In this document: in pieces, positions 32,091 through 41,936 of the stretch
Numbering within the stretch: position 1 is the first letter of the stretch
Layout of the letters: each line of letters opens with the position of its first letter
Assembly (NCBI GenBank): GCA_963422375.2
Contig: OY729428.2
Coordinates: 2,528,001-2,592,000, forward strand
DNA length: 64,000 bases
Source of the DNA: Bryobacterales bacterium
GTDB taxonomy: Bacteria > Acidobacteriota > Terriglobia > Bryobacterales > UBA6623
Direction: 5' to 3'
Made by a program: the position numbers and the translations under genes
Notes under the pieces: model-generated
What the model was told of the DNA's origin: nothing
Seen by the model: only the letters and a program-made list of their open reading frames with translations
The model's database searches: none

Positions 32091-32163
32091 GACCCTCCGG
32101 GCCTTGCTGCGGTCGCTCCGCTCCCTGCGCAAGGCCCGGAGGGTCCCCGTTCCGGAAACGGGG
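32091..32163. other. Strong hairpins in the IS30 3' non-coding region
   Basis: 17-bp perfect stem GACCCTCCGGGCCTTGC (32091-32107) / GCAAGGCCCGGAGGGTC (32129-32145), followed by a CCCCGTT..AACGGGG stem. Confidence 0.7.
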
Positions 32164-32216
32164 CACGCATTCCCGCCTGCCCGGGACGCGGCCCCCCGCT
32201 GCGGCCCGGCAGCGGC

Positions 32217-32245
32217 TTGTCCGGCGCCGCTGGATCTGCTACTAT
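32217..32245 (+). promoter_or_regulatory. Putative outward-facing sigma70 promoter near the IS30 right end
   Basis: TTGTCC-N17-TACTAT with extended -10 TGc. Confidence 0.4.
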
Positions 32246-32727
32246 GGTCCTAGTATCCTAGCCCACCGTCCCTTACCCGCGTGTCGCACTTCGGAGTTGA
32301 ATGGGCGACTTGAATCATTCTGTCACAGTATCCCTCACAAAATGCCGAGCCTCCAATTTCACTAAGCTCGCCTTTCTTAGCAATAAAGAACGGAAATATG
32401 AGCTCTATCTTTGGCTAATAAGACGGACCAAGACGATATTTGATAGCACTAGAACACAGATTGGGTACCCCAGTAAGGAGTGCTTCCAAACTTTGAACCG
32501 CACCGCTTCATAGATTCCTTCTAAGTGTCGCTGAGCGCTGGCGTCGTCCAATACATCCAAAGCACTGTGCCACTCTAGTCTGTGCTCTTCGATGATTGGC
32601 TGAGTCCAATTGTGGCGACTTAAATAGAAACTGAAGCAGAAGAAAATGACCGTTATCTTATGTGCAAATCTAAGCAATATACTGATTCGTTATCTCAAAA
32701 TGACGTAGGCAAGATAGTCAAATGAAA

Positions 32728-34248
32728 GGGAATTATATATCTGAGTGCCGCGGGAATCAAGTCGGCAAATTATCAAGCCATTATAAGATTTCATATTTCT
32801 TCCGACTTTCCGTTGACATTCTGTGGTGCTTCTTGGTAGAATAGTTCCAGTAGGGGATACCGTAAATGAAGAAATCATGTCCCGGAAAGTGGTTCCGTAA
32901 AGGCATCACATTGATCGAAGTGATCGCCATGTTCCCCGATGACGAATCCGCGGAAAAGTGGTTCGCCTCCATGCGCTGGCCGGACGGTCCCGCGTGCCCC
33001 CGCTGCCGCGGCTCCAGCGTGCAGTCCGACGCGGCCCACCCTTCGATGCCGTACCGTTGCCGCGGCTGCGGCAAGCGCTTTTCCGTGCGCGCCGGCAGCG
33101 TGATGGCCGACACCAAGCTCGGCTACCGCACCCGGGCCGTCGCCCTGTTCCTGCTGACTACCGGCATCAAGGGCGTCTCGAGCATGAAGCTGCACCGCGA
33201 CCCGGGCATCAGCCGGAAGTCGGCCTGGCACCTGGCGCACCGCATCCGCGCGTGCCGGGAGCGGGATCGGGGCCTGTTCGCCGGCCCGGTGGAGGTGGAC
33301 GAGACCTACGTCGGCGGCAAGGAACGCAACCAGCACGAGAGGAAGAAGGCCCGTGCCGGGCGCGGGCCCGTCGGCAAGACGCCCGTGGCGGGGGCGCGCG
33401 ACCGCGCCACGAACGCAGTGGCCGCGCGGCCGCTGGCGGGCACCGCCAAGGGCGACCTGCAGGGCTTCGTGCGCGCCCGCGTCGCGCCGGGGGCGCAGCT
33501 CTACTCCGACGAGGCGGCGGCCTACGCCGGCATGGAGGAGTTCCCGCACGAAGCCGTCAGGCACTCCGGCTGCGAGTACGTGCGCGGGGCGGCGCATACG
33601 AACGGCATCGAATCGTTTTGGTCCCTGTTCAAGCGCGGCCTGTACGGAACCTATCACCGGATGAGCGTCCGTCATCTCGGCCGCTACCTCACGGAGTTCG
33701 CGGGACGGCGCAACGACCGCGACTGCGACACGGCGGAACAACGGCGGAACGGATGCGGCGCATGGCGCGGGGCTTGGTCGGCCGGACGCTGACCTGCCGG
33801 CAGCTGACCGGCAAGGCCGCGGTCGCGGCCTGAGCGGCGCCCGCCGCGCTGAGCGCGGCAGCCCGCTGCGGGCGCGCGCTTCACGCTCGGTACGAGGGGC
33901 GCGCCGGATCCGGCATGCCCCGGCGCGACCCCGGTCCGGTCCGGACCGTCCATGCAGGCCGTCGAGCACCGGGGATCCGCTGTCTTCGGCCCTCGCAGGG
34001 CCTGCAAGCGGCTTGCAAGGCGTGCCCTGCCACCGCCAACCGGGTTTCACCGGGGCAACCGGGGCATGCGAGGCGGCCTCTCTAGTCCCTTCCTCGTCCA
34101 ATCCGCTGGCAGGCTCGATTCAGATACGATCCCACCCCTCCGTGCCTGCCGCGACCGCACTCGAATGACCCGAGCTCGACACCGACCTCCCTGCTCACAG
34201 CAGTTCTAGTCGGACCTGGCGTTGTCGGCACTCAGATATATAATTCCC
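32728..34248 (+). mobile_element. IS1595 family element (transposase 32866..~33833, late frameshift)
   Basis: Perfect 23-bp TIRs GGGAATTATATATCTGAGTGCCG (32728-32750) / 34226-34248; Zn ribbon CPRC..YRCRGC, VEVDETYVGG, YSDE, HTNGIESFWS, YHRMSVRHLGRYLTEF. Confidence 0.93.
32813..32842 (+). promoter_or_regulatory. sigma70 promoter of the IS1595 transposase
   Basis: TTGACA-N18-TAGAAT with extended -10 TG, 23 bp before ATG 32866. Confidence 0.65.
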
Positions 34249-34589
34249 ATTCGTTTCGAAGGACGCTCCCGACGAAGCCCATGCAAGGAATGATCCACGA
34301 ATGGGGTATCGCTACATGGCTCACGCCGCGGGTCCGTTCGCCGAATCCCTGCCTCGCCGCAGCCTCTCCAGCAATCTAGGGCAACAGGACCGCCGAGCGG
34401 CCGCTGGATGATAACACCGGACTGGTGACTTGGGACAGTATCTCCACGCAACCCACGAAACACTCCTGCCCAAGACGATCTTCGGCGAATGCCGGGCGCA
34501 GTCGAGCCTCCCCGGCCAGCAATCCCTGCAGTCCGCTCGCCGTGACCCGCTTCGGCATCCGACTACCGGGCTGGCCGTAGCTCTCGCCG

Positions 34590-35420
34590 TCATACCTCGA
34601 ATTCGCCTCTCCCGACGATTCGGGCGGGGCCAGTCAAGCGGATTCCGTCCGCCCAGTCGACGGACAGGCAGCCGCCTTCGGCATAGATATCGACAGGGTC
34701 TCCGACCCAGCCGTGGTGACGCGCAGCCATCGCGGCACCGAGGCAGCCGGTACCTGAACTCAGGGTCGCTCCCGCGCCGCGCTCCCAGAATCGAACATGG
34801 AGGTCCACGCGCCTCCCTGCAGCCGCATCGACCTTGACGAACGACACGTTCGACCCGTCCGGGAAGTGAGGATGGCACTCCAAGGCGGCGCCCAGCGACC
34901 GCCAGTCGAAATCAAACGTCTCGACGCGGTGGACACACTGGGGGTTCCCGACATCGACCGCTGTTACGGCAAGCCTGCGGCCTTGGACCTCCAGCAGCAG
35001 TGACTCGTCCACGACGCGGCAGGCGCGTGGGTCGGTTGCCATCCGGAATTCGAATTCCGGGGATTCCGCCCTAATGCGATCAAGCTGCCGCGGGCCCGCT
35101 CCAGTATCGATCATGAACCGGTCGGGCACTCCTCCACGGTCCGCCAGGTACGCCGCAACGCATCGCGTGCCGTTGCCCGAGATCTCCGCCTTGCTTCCAT
35201 CGCTGTTCCACAGCTGCGCCCGGGCGAGAGCAACCGGTGTCTCGAGCGCGCCCACGACCTCCATGCCGTCAGCGCCCATGCCGAAGCGCCGGCTGCAAAT
35301 CTGCCTTGCGAGCTCTGGAATGCGTTCCCCGACGATTCCTAGCCGATCAAGGTCGTCGCGCTCCACCACCAGAAAGTCGTTCCCCGCACCGTGAGCCTTG
35401 GTGAATGCAAGTGAAGGCAT
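34590..35420 (-). CDS. dapF: Diaminopimelate epimerase-like protein (Ser in both catalytic Cys positions)
   Basis: FTKAHGAGNDFLV, RRFGMGADG, NSDGSKAEISGNGTRC, VDVGNPQCV, FPDGSNVSF, WERGAGATLSSGTG, LTGPA. Confidence 0.88.
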   Translation of the reverse strand: MPSLAFTKAHGAGNDFLVVERDDLDRLGIVGERIPELARQICSRRFGMGADGMEVVGALETPVALARAQLWNSDGSKAEISGNGTRCVAAYLADRGGVPDRFMIDTGAGPRQLDRIRAESPEFEFRMATDPRACRVVDESLLLEVQGRRLAVTAVDVGNPQCVHRVETFDFDWRSLGAALECHPHFPDGSNVSFVKVDAAAGRRVDLHVRFWERGAGATLSSGTGCLGAAMAARHHGWVGDPVDIYAEGGCLSVDWADGIRLTGPARIVGRGEFEV

Positions 35421-35618
35421 GCCCCTAGTTTGGACCCACGCGGGCGGCGCCCGTTCGGACTTGCGAGGCGCTCGGCCATCCAGACGCCAACCGTTCAGCC
35501 ACCGGAGTCTCCGGCCGCAGGCATGACGGCAGCACCGACACCGACAGCCTCGCGACTCGTGGGGATGGGGTCGCGGGCAGCCCGCCGAAACTGACTGATA
35601 CGCTGATTTGAGGGGTCC

Positions 35619-37631
35619 ATGTCCAATCCTCTGACCGAGATCCAGTTCGACGTCCCGTTCGAGTCCATCCGGGCGGAGCACGTCAGGCCAGCTATCGACC
35701 AGCTGCTGGCAGGAGCCCGGAAGGCGCTCGACGCTCTGGTCGCCTGCGACGACCCTCCGACCTACGAGAACACCCTTGCAGCGCTCGAAGACGTCGGGGA
35801 GACGCTGGGATACGCCATCGGCGTCGTCGGGCACCTCGAGAGCGTCGCGACCTATCCGGACTTGCGAGCAGCCTACAACGACGTCCAGCCGCAGGTCAGC
35901 GAATTCTTCTCAGGGATCCCGCTGCACGAGGGCGTGTGGCGGCGGCTCCGGGCCCTAGCCGATTCACCCGAATCCGAGGTACTCAGTCCCATACGCAAGC
36001 GCTTCCTCAAGAAGACCTTGGACGACTTCCGCCGGAGCGGGGCAGCACTTGAGCCTGGCGCCAAGAAGAGGCTCTTGAAGATCAACGTCGAGCTAGCCAA
36101 GCTCACTACGAAGTTCGGCGAGAACGTTCTCGACGCCACCAACGCCTTCGAACTCATCATCGAGAACGAGGAGGGCCTAGCCGGCCTGCCAGCGACCGCG
36201 AGAGCGGCGGCCCGGGAGAGCGCCGCCAGCAAGAACAAGAAGGGCTGGCGATTCACCCTCCAAGCCCCGAGCTACATCGCGGTGATGACCTATCTCGACG
36301 ACGCTGCCATCCGGGAGCGGATGTACCGCGCCTATTCGGTACGAGCCGCGGACGGCGAATTCGACAACACCGGGAACATCCAGAAGATTCTGGACCTGCG
36401 GCGCGAGAAGGCCCGCCTCCTCGGTTACGGTGACTTCGCCGACCTGGTGCTCGAGAACCGCATGGCCAAGTCCGGCGCACGCGCTTGGGATTTCGTGAAC
36501 GATCTCCGTCGACGCACCCGAGCGGCTTTCGATCACGAGAACGGCGAGCTCCATGTGTTCGCCAACGGAACCGTCAGGCCTTGGGACTTGGCCTACCAAG
36601 CCGAGAAGCTCCGCAGGAGACTGTATGACTTCGACGAGGAGGATCTGAGGCCGTACTTTCCCTACGAGAGCGTGCTCAGCGGCATGTTCGGGGTCGCCCG
36701 GCAGCTCTTCGGCATCGAGATCCGGCAGCGGGACGGCGTGCAGGTATGGGACAAGGGAGTGGACGCGTACGAAGTCAGGGATTCGGACGGCAGTCACCTC
36801 GGCTCCTTCTACGCAGATTACTTCCCGCGCGAGAACAAACGCGGCGGGGCTTGGATGGACTCGCTGATCACAGGAGAGCCCATCGAAAATGGCTTCTCCC
36901 CGCATCTCGGCTTCAATTGCGGCAACCTGACCCCGCCCACGTCCGGCAATCCGGCCCTGCTGACTCACAGGGAGGTCGAGACGGTATTCCACGAATTCGG
37001 CCACCTGCTGCACCACCTGCTGAGCAAGGTCGAGGTCAAGAGCCTCGCCGGCACGAACGTGGCATGGGACTGGGTCGAGCTTCCCTCGCAGATCATGGAG
37101 AACTGGTGCTGGGAGCGCGAAGCGCTCGACCGCTTCGCCCGGCATTACGAGACAGGCGACCCGATTCCGGGCGAGCTGTTCGAGAAGATGCAGTGCGCTC
37201 GGAACTTCCGCGGCGCGAACGCGCAAATGCGGCAGATCAGCTTCGGCACGCTCGATCTCGCCCTTCACACGAGATTCGACCCCGCGGCCGACGGCGACGT
37301 CGTGAGCTACACGCGCGCAATCCTGCAGGATCACTCTCCCGCCAAGCTTCCCGCCGACCATGCGATGGTCGCCTCGTTCGGGCACCTGTTCTCGAGCCCG
37401 GTTGGATACGGAGCCGGCTACTACTCCTACAAGTGGTCCGAGATGCTCGACGCCGACGCGTTCACGCGCTTCGCGAGGGAAGGAATCTTCAATCCCGCGA
37501 CCGGCAGGTCGTTCCGCCGGAAGATCCTGGAGCGAGGCAACAGCGACGATCCGGAGCGCCTGTTCTATGCCTTCATGGGAAGGGACCCCGACCCGGAGGC
37601 ACTGCTGCGACGACTAGGCCTCGCAGCCTGA
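35619..37631 (+). CDS. prlC: Oligopeptidase A (M3A metallopeptidase)
   Basis: MSNPL start, RENKRGGAWM, FHEFGHLLH, WDWVELPSQIMENW, YGAGYYSYKWSE, FMGRDP. Confidence 0.94.
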   Translation: MSNPLTEIQFDVPFESIRAEHVRPAIDQLLAGARKALDALVACDDPPTYENTLAALEDVGETLGYAIGVVGHLESVATYPDLRAAYNDVQPQVSEFFSGIPLHEGVWRRLRALADSPESEVLSPIRKRFLKKTLDDFRRSGAALEPGAKKRLLKINVELAKLTTKFGENVLDATNAFELIIENEEGLAGLPATARAAARESAASKNKKGWRFTLQAPSYIAVMTYLDDAAIRERMYRAYSVRAADGEFDNTGNIQKILDLRREKARLLGYGDFADLVLENRMAKSGARAWDFVNDLRRRTRAAFDHENGELHVFANGTVRPWDLAYQAEKLRRRLYDFDEEDLRPYFPYESVLSGMFGVARQLFGIEIRQRDGVQVWDKGVDAYEVRDSDGSHLGSFYADYFPRENKRGGAWMDSLITGEPIENGFSPHLGFNCGNLTPPTSGNPALLTHREVETVFHEFGHLLHHLLSKVEVKSLAGTNVAWDWVELPSQIMENWCWEREALDRFARHYETGDPIPGELFEKMQCARNFRGANAQMRQISFGTLDLALHTRFDPAADGDVVSYTRAILQDHSPAKLPADHAMVASFGHLFSSPVGYGAGYYSYKWSEMLDADAFTRFAREGIFNPATGRSFRRKILERGNSDDPERLFYAFMGRDPDPEALLRRLGLAA

Positions 37632-37651
37632 AGCCGCAGCGGGGCTGGAAC

Positions 37652-38260
37652 GTGGAGCCGTCCGAGATCGATGCTCTGACGGCCGTCCCTAGCCGGGGCT
37701 TCTACGCCCGAGCCACCGAACAGGTGGCTCGGGATCTCCTCGGGACGGTGCTGACGCACTCCACCGCGGAGGGACTTCTAGCCGGGCGGATCGTCGAAGT
37801 GGAAGCCTACCTAGGCCGCGGCGACCCGGCCGCCCACAGCAGCGCCGGACGAACGCGTCGCACCGCCGTGATCTTCGGCCCGCCCGGTCACGCGTACGTT
37901 TACAGGATCTACGGCATGCACTGCTGCCTCAACGTCGTCGCCGAGTCGGACGAGAAGCCCGGATGCGTTCTCATCCGCGCCTTGGAGCCGCTTTGTGGAA
38001 TCGCGGCCATGCGGTCCCGTCGCGAGACGGCAAGGGCGCGACGCGACCTGGCCAGGGGGCCGGGGCGGCTGACGAAGGCCATGGCCATAGGCATGGAACT
38101 CTACGGTGCCGACCTGACACACGGGCCGCTGACGATACGGGTGCAGCGGGAACCCGCCCGGATCAAGGTCGCAACGTCGCGCAGAATCGGAATCACCAAG
38201 GCCACAGAGCTGGACCTCCGCTATTGGATCGCGAACAGCGAGTACGTCAGCCGCCCGTAG
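37652..38260 (+). CDS. mpg: DNA-3-methyladenine glycosylase (MPG/AAG family)
   Basis: VARDLLG, GRIVEVEAYLG.DPAAHS, FGPPGHAYVYRIYGMHCCLNVV, VLIRALEP, GPGRL, RIGIT. Confidence 0.92.
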   Translation: MEPSEIDALTAVPSRGFYARATEQVARDLLGTVLTHSTAEGLLAGRIVEVEAYLGRGDPAAHSSAGRTRRTAVIFGPPGHAYVYRIYGMHCCLNVVAESDEKPGCVLIRALEPLCGIAAMRSRRETARARRDLARGPGRLTKAMAIGMELYGADLTHGPLTIRVQREPARIKVATSRRIGITKATELDLRYWIANSEYVSRP

Positions 38261-38366
38261 GGCAGGACCCGGCGCGTTTGCCGGGCCCGACCAGCAAGCG
38301 CGTCGCGGCCGGCGTGCCGCGACCCCGGCCGCGCGCGAAGCGTCCGGACTCGCAGGAGCCCCCAAG

Positions 38367-40064
38367 TCATCGCTTCCAGCTCTCGGCGAGGTAGAAGCGA
38401 AGCAGGATCGGTTCCATCAGCGTGTTGAGCTGCTCGTTCTCCGTTGCCAGGTCGCTCTTGCCGAATGCCAGGGATGCCTTGAACCGGTCGAGCGTGAGGT
38501 ACTTCAGCCGCGCCCCGTCCAGGGCGAACCCGTCGAGCCCTAGAAGGCGCTCGCTCAGTTCCGCGTCCTGGGCCGCTGGCTTCCATGCCAGGACCCATCC
38601 CCAGTCCCCGAAGCTCGGGACGTTGTCATGATACGGAACCGCATCGTAGCCGGCACTCCGAATGGTCCTGAGGATGCACAGGAACGACTCCTTGGCATGG
38701 TACGGCGATGTCGACTGTACCGCCATCATTCCGCTAGGAGCGAGCAGCCGATTCACCTTGAAGTAGAATTCCCGGCTATAGAGCTTGACCAGATCGACAG
38801 AGTTCGGATCCGGGAAATCGATCAGAATCACGTCGTAGGGTCCGCTCAGGTCCTCGACGATCTTGTCTGCGTCGACTGTCAGCACATTGACAACTGCGGC
38901 TTGATCCGGGCTGTCTTCGGTATCGATTCCGAGACCCTTCGCATGCTCGAACACCGGTCTAAGGGATCGATCAGCCTCGGCCGCTTCCGGAGAAACGGCA
39001 GTTACGCGTGCGTCGCGGAACGCACCCGCGTTCAGTTCGTTCATGACGTGGTCTTCCCGAGCGAACTCGATCATTTCCGGATCAATGTCGACCAACGTGA
39101 CCTCTTCGGTTTCGCGATACTTCAGAATTTCCCGCAAGGCTAGGCCGTCGCCTCCTCCTAGAATCAAGACGCTGCGGCGGTTTCGTGCCAAGGCCATCGC
39201 AGGATGCACCAGCAGTTCATGGTAGATGTGCTCGTCTAAGCTGGAGAACTGCAGGTTGCCGTTGATAAAGAGCCGGTAGTCCGTCGGATCCAGCTTCGCA
39301 GTCATCACTACATGCTGGTACTTCGTGGTAGTAGAGGAGACAATGGGCTCGCTGTAGAACCGCTGTTCAAGCAACCGGCTCCAATCCCTGTTCTCGAAAT
39401 ATCCATAAACGAGCCCGGTTGCCGTCAAGCCGATCATCGCGATCACTGACCGACTCCTTGAAGCAACGCCGCGGAAGGAGAAATACGAATACGTGAGCAG
39501 CGCGACCGCGAAGTTCACTGCCGCTACAAGAAAACTGATCTCCGTCAACGGAAACGCCCTGAGCAAGACATACACCCACACAATAGCACCGACGAATGCA
39601 CCAATATAGTCTGTGCTGAATATCGATGCGATATTCGACTTGAGCTGCGGCAGAAACTGGCGATTGATGCGCAAGACCAAAGGAATCTCCAGTCCGATCA
39701 GGAATCCGATGGAAAGCACGAAGAAATACTGGACAAGAATGAAATGCGCGTCCATCGACGAATATGCCGCGTATACCGCGATTGGAGCGAAGCCGCCAAG
39801 CAGCGCCAGACCGGTTTCGACGAGCAGGAATTTTTCGACAAGCCGGTCGTCGCTGATCCTACGCTGCTGGATGCCCGCGAATCCCATCATGAGCATCATG
39901 AGCGATATCGTGACCGAGAATTGCTCGATGCTGTTCCCGAGGACGAACGTTCCCACAGTGCTGAGGATGCATTCGAAAACAAACCCGCTCGCTCCGGTCA
40001 GGAACATCGAGCTGGCCAGCAGAACCGTGGCGACACGGGGGCGGACTCTGGAATGCGCGGCCAC
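38367..40064 (-). CDS. speE: Membrane-anchored polyamine aminopropyltransferase (spermidine-synthase-like, about 7 N-terminal TMs)
   Basis: TM region (GNSIEQFS, IGFLIGLEIPL, DYIGAFVG) followed by LFINGNLQFSSLDEHIYHELLVHP, LILGGGDGLALREILKY, LVDIDP, IDFPDP, KLYSREFY, VPSFGDWG. Confidence 0.92.
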   Translation of the reverse strand: MAAHSRVRPRVATVLLASSMFLTGASGFVFECILSTVGTFVLGNSIEQFSVTISLMMLMMGFAGIQQRRISDDRLVEKFLLVETGLALLGGFAPIAVYAAYSSMDAHFILVQYFFVLSIGFLIGLEIPLVLRINRQFLPQLKSNIASIFSTDYIGAFVGAIVWVYVLLRAFPLTEISFLVAAVNFAVALLTYSYFSFRGVASRSRSVIAMIGLTATGLVYGYFENRDWSRLLEQRFYSEPIVSSTTTKYQHVVMTAKLDPTDYRLFINGNLQFSSLDEHIYHELLVHPAMALARNRRSVLILGGGDGLALREILKYRETEEVTLVDIDPEMIEFAREDHVMNELNAGAFRDARVTAVSPEAAEADRSLRPVFEHAKGLGIDTEDSPDQAAVVNVLTVDADKIVEDLSGPYDVILIDFPDPNSVDLVKLYSREFYFKVNRLLAPSGMMAVQSTSPYHAKESFLCILRTIRSAGYDAVPYHDNVPSFGDWGWVLAWKPAAQDAELSERLLGLDGFALDGARLKYLTLDRFKASLAFGKSDLATENEQLNTLMEPILLRFYLAESWKR

Positions 40065-40159
40065 GGGCTCTAAAACAGCGGAAGGGGGCAGCCGAGCAGT
40101 CCCACATGGGGCGCATCCGCTGCCGCCGGGCCTCCCGCGACACGTCGCGGCCGGTGCCG

Positions 40160-41818
40160 ATGGCCGCCCGACCGCTGGTTCCGACTGTCCGAGCCCATCG
40201 TATCACCAGCCGAGGCCGCACGGTACCCTATACTGGGCGCTTGCTGCCCGCGAAGACCGGGGTATCGCGTCGAGCCGTCCTGCGCTCGGCAGCTTGGGCC
40301 GGCGGGATCGGCGCCGCTGCCGGCGCCGCGTTCCTGTTCCGAAAGCCCCGGCCCATCGAGGGCGCCTATGTCGACAACAGCCACCGGATCGGTCACGCGA
40401 TTCGGGACGGGCGGGCCGGGCGGCCGGGGGCGGAGCGCGCCCGGGTCCCTGTCGTCATAGTCGGAGGCGGCATAGCGGGCCTTTCCGCCGCTTGGCGCAT
40501 GCGGAGACTCGGATTCGAGGATTTCGTCCTCCTCGAAATGGAGTCGGACGCCGGAGGGAATTCCCGCTGGGGCCAGAACGAGATCTCGCCATACCCCTGG
40601 GGCGCGCACTACGTGCCGGTGCCGGACCGACGGATTCCGCTAGTCGAGGAGCTCTTCTCGGAACTTGGCGTGCTGCGCAATGGACGCTGGGATGCCAGCC
40701 ATCTCTGCCGGGAGCCGCTCTGGCGATTGTTCATCGACGGCGAATGGAGGCCCGACATCGAATCGGACAAGTCGACAGCCCAGGCGCATCACGACCAGTT
40801 CGACCGGTTCTGGGACCGGATGGACTACTTCCGCCGCGGCCGGGAGTTCACCATCCCCGTTCGCTCCCCTCCTAGCACGGCAGCCCTCGACGCGACTTCC
40901 ATGAAGAGCTGGATGGTCCGCGAGGGCTTCCACAGCGAGCGGCTGCGCTGGTACGTGGACTACGCCTGCCGCGACGATTACGGCTGCTCCTACGGCGAGG
41001 CTTCCGCCTGGGCCGGCATCCACTACTTCGCCGCGCGGGCGGAGGACGAGGAGGACTTCCTGACCTGGCCGCAGGGGAACGGCTGGATCGTGCAACGACT
41101 GACGAGCGAGCTCTCGCCGTGGCTCCGGCACGGCGCGCCAGCGCATCGAATCAAGGCGGACGGACAGTCCCTGGAAGTCGTCACCCGGGACGTGACCTAC
41201 GTCTGCGAGGCCATCGTATTCGCCGCTCCCTCCTTCCTCGCGCCCTATCTCATGCCGGATCTTGACCGACAGCTGCTGGCACCGGGAGAATTCGCGTACT
41301 CGCCGTGGTACACCGCGAATCTCGTGATCGACTGCCTGCCCGAACAGCGCGGCGCCGGTCCGGCGTGGGAAAACGTCATCTACGGTTCCCGCGGCCTCGG
41401 GTACGTGATTGCAACTCACCAAGAGCTCAGCGCGCCCGACGCCCCCACGGTTTGGACCTACTACCGTGCGTTGGCCGGCCAGAATCCGACCGAGGCGCGC
41501 CGCTCCCTGCTCGCAACGACGTGGAGCGACCGCAAGGAGGAAGTGCTCCGCGACCTCGAGCAGGCCCATCCGGACCTACGAGGCTGCGTGGCCCGCGTGG
41601 ACATCATGCGCCTAGGGCATGCGATGATCCGACCTGTCCCGGGCTTCCTGACCTCTTCCGCGCGAGAGCGCCTGGCGTCAGCGGACGGCCCGGTCCAGTT
41701 CGCCAACTCCGACCTGAGCGGAATTTCGATCTTCGAGGAGGCGCAGTACCGGGGAGTGCGTGCCGCCGACCGGACGCTCAGCCGGCTGGGATACAGGGAC
41801 TTGGAATACGCTGGCTGA
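40160..41818 (+). CDS. FAD-dependent oxidoreductase (amine-oxidase-like), Tat-like N-terminus; start uncertain (40106-40260)
   Basis: SRRAVL, VVIVGGGIAGLSAAW, LLEME..AGGNSR, YPWGAHYVPVP, DYACRDDYG, SAWAGIHYFA, GHAMIRP, SDLSGISIFEEA. Confidence 0.88.
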   Translation: MAARPLVPTVRAHRITSRGRTVPYTGRLLPAKTGVSRRAVLRSAAWAGGIGAAAGAAFLFRKPRPIEGAYVDNSHRIGHAIRDGRAGRPGAERARVPVVIVGGGIAGLSAAWRMRRLGFEDFVLLEMESDAGGNSRWGQNEISPYPWGAHYVPVPDRRIPLVEELFSELGVLRNGRWDASHLCREPLWRLFIDGEWRPDIESDKSTAQAHHDQFDRFWDRMDYFRRGREFTIPVRSPPSTAALDATSMKSWMVREGFHSERLRWYVDYACRDDYGCSYGEASAWAGIHYFAARAEDEEDFLTWPQGNGWIVQRLTSELSPWLRHGAPAHRIKADGQSLEVVTRDVTYVCEAIVFAAPSFLAPYLMPDLDRQLLAPGEFAYSPWYTANLVIDCLPEQRGAGPAWENVIYGSRGLGYVIATHQELSAPDAPTVWTYYRALAGQNPTEARRSLLATTWSDRKEEVLRDLEQAHPDLRGCVARVDIMRLGHAMIRPVPGFLTSSARERLASADGPVQFANSDLSGISIFEEAQYRGVRAADRTLSRLGYRDLEYAG

Positions 41819-41936
41819 GTTCCCCGCCCTCGGGTCTGCGCGCCTGTCCGCTCGTCCGGAGCGATTCCGGTCCGGGAATCAAGAACGTCGCGGCGCCCGC
41901 ACACCCTGAGTCCGAGCTGCTCGACGGCCGCTCGCT

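Larger units (their letters stand above)
30890..32308 (+). mobile_element. IS30 family element; transposase 31015..32023 frameshifted
   Basis: Perfect 31-bp terminal IRs (30890-30920 / 32278-32308); YTHVTKEERCRI, TIYREVSRN, WSPEQ, EADTVIG, TITADNGKEFA, WERGLNEHANGLLRQYFP, LNRRPRK; 13-bp duplication at 31307-31332. Confidence 0.95.

Noticed and set aside
36746..37651. 504-aa ORF 36746..38260 as a long MPG fusion
   Set aside because: The N-terminal part is an alternate frame over prlC; the real gene starts at about 37652.
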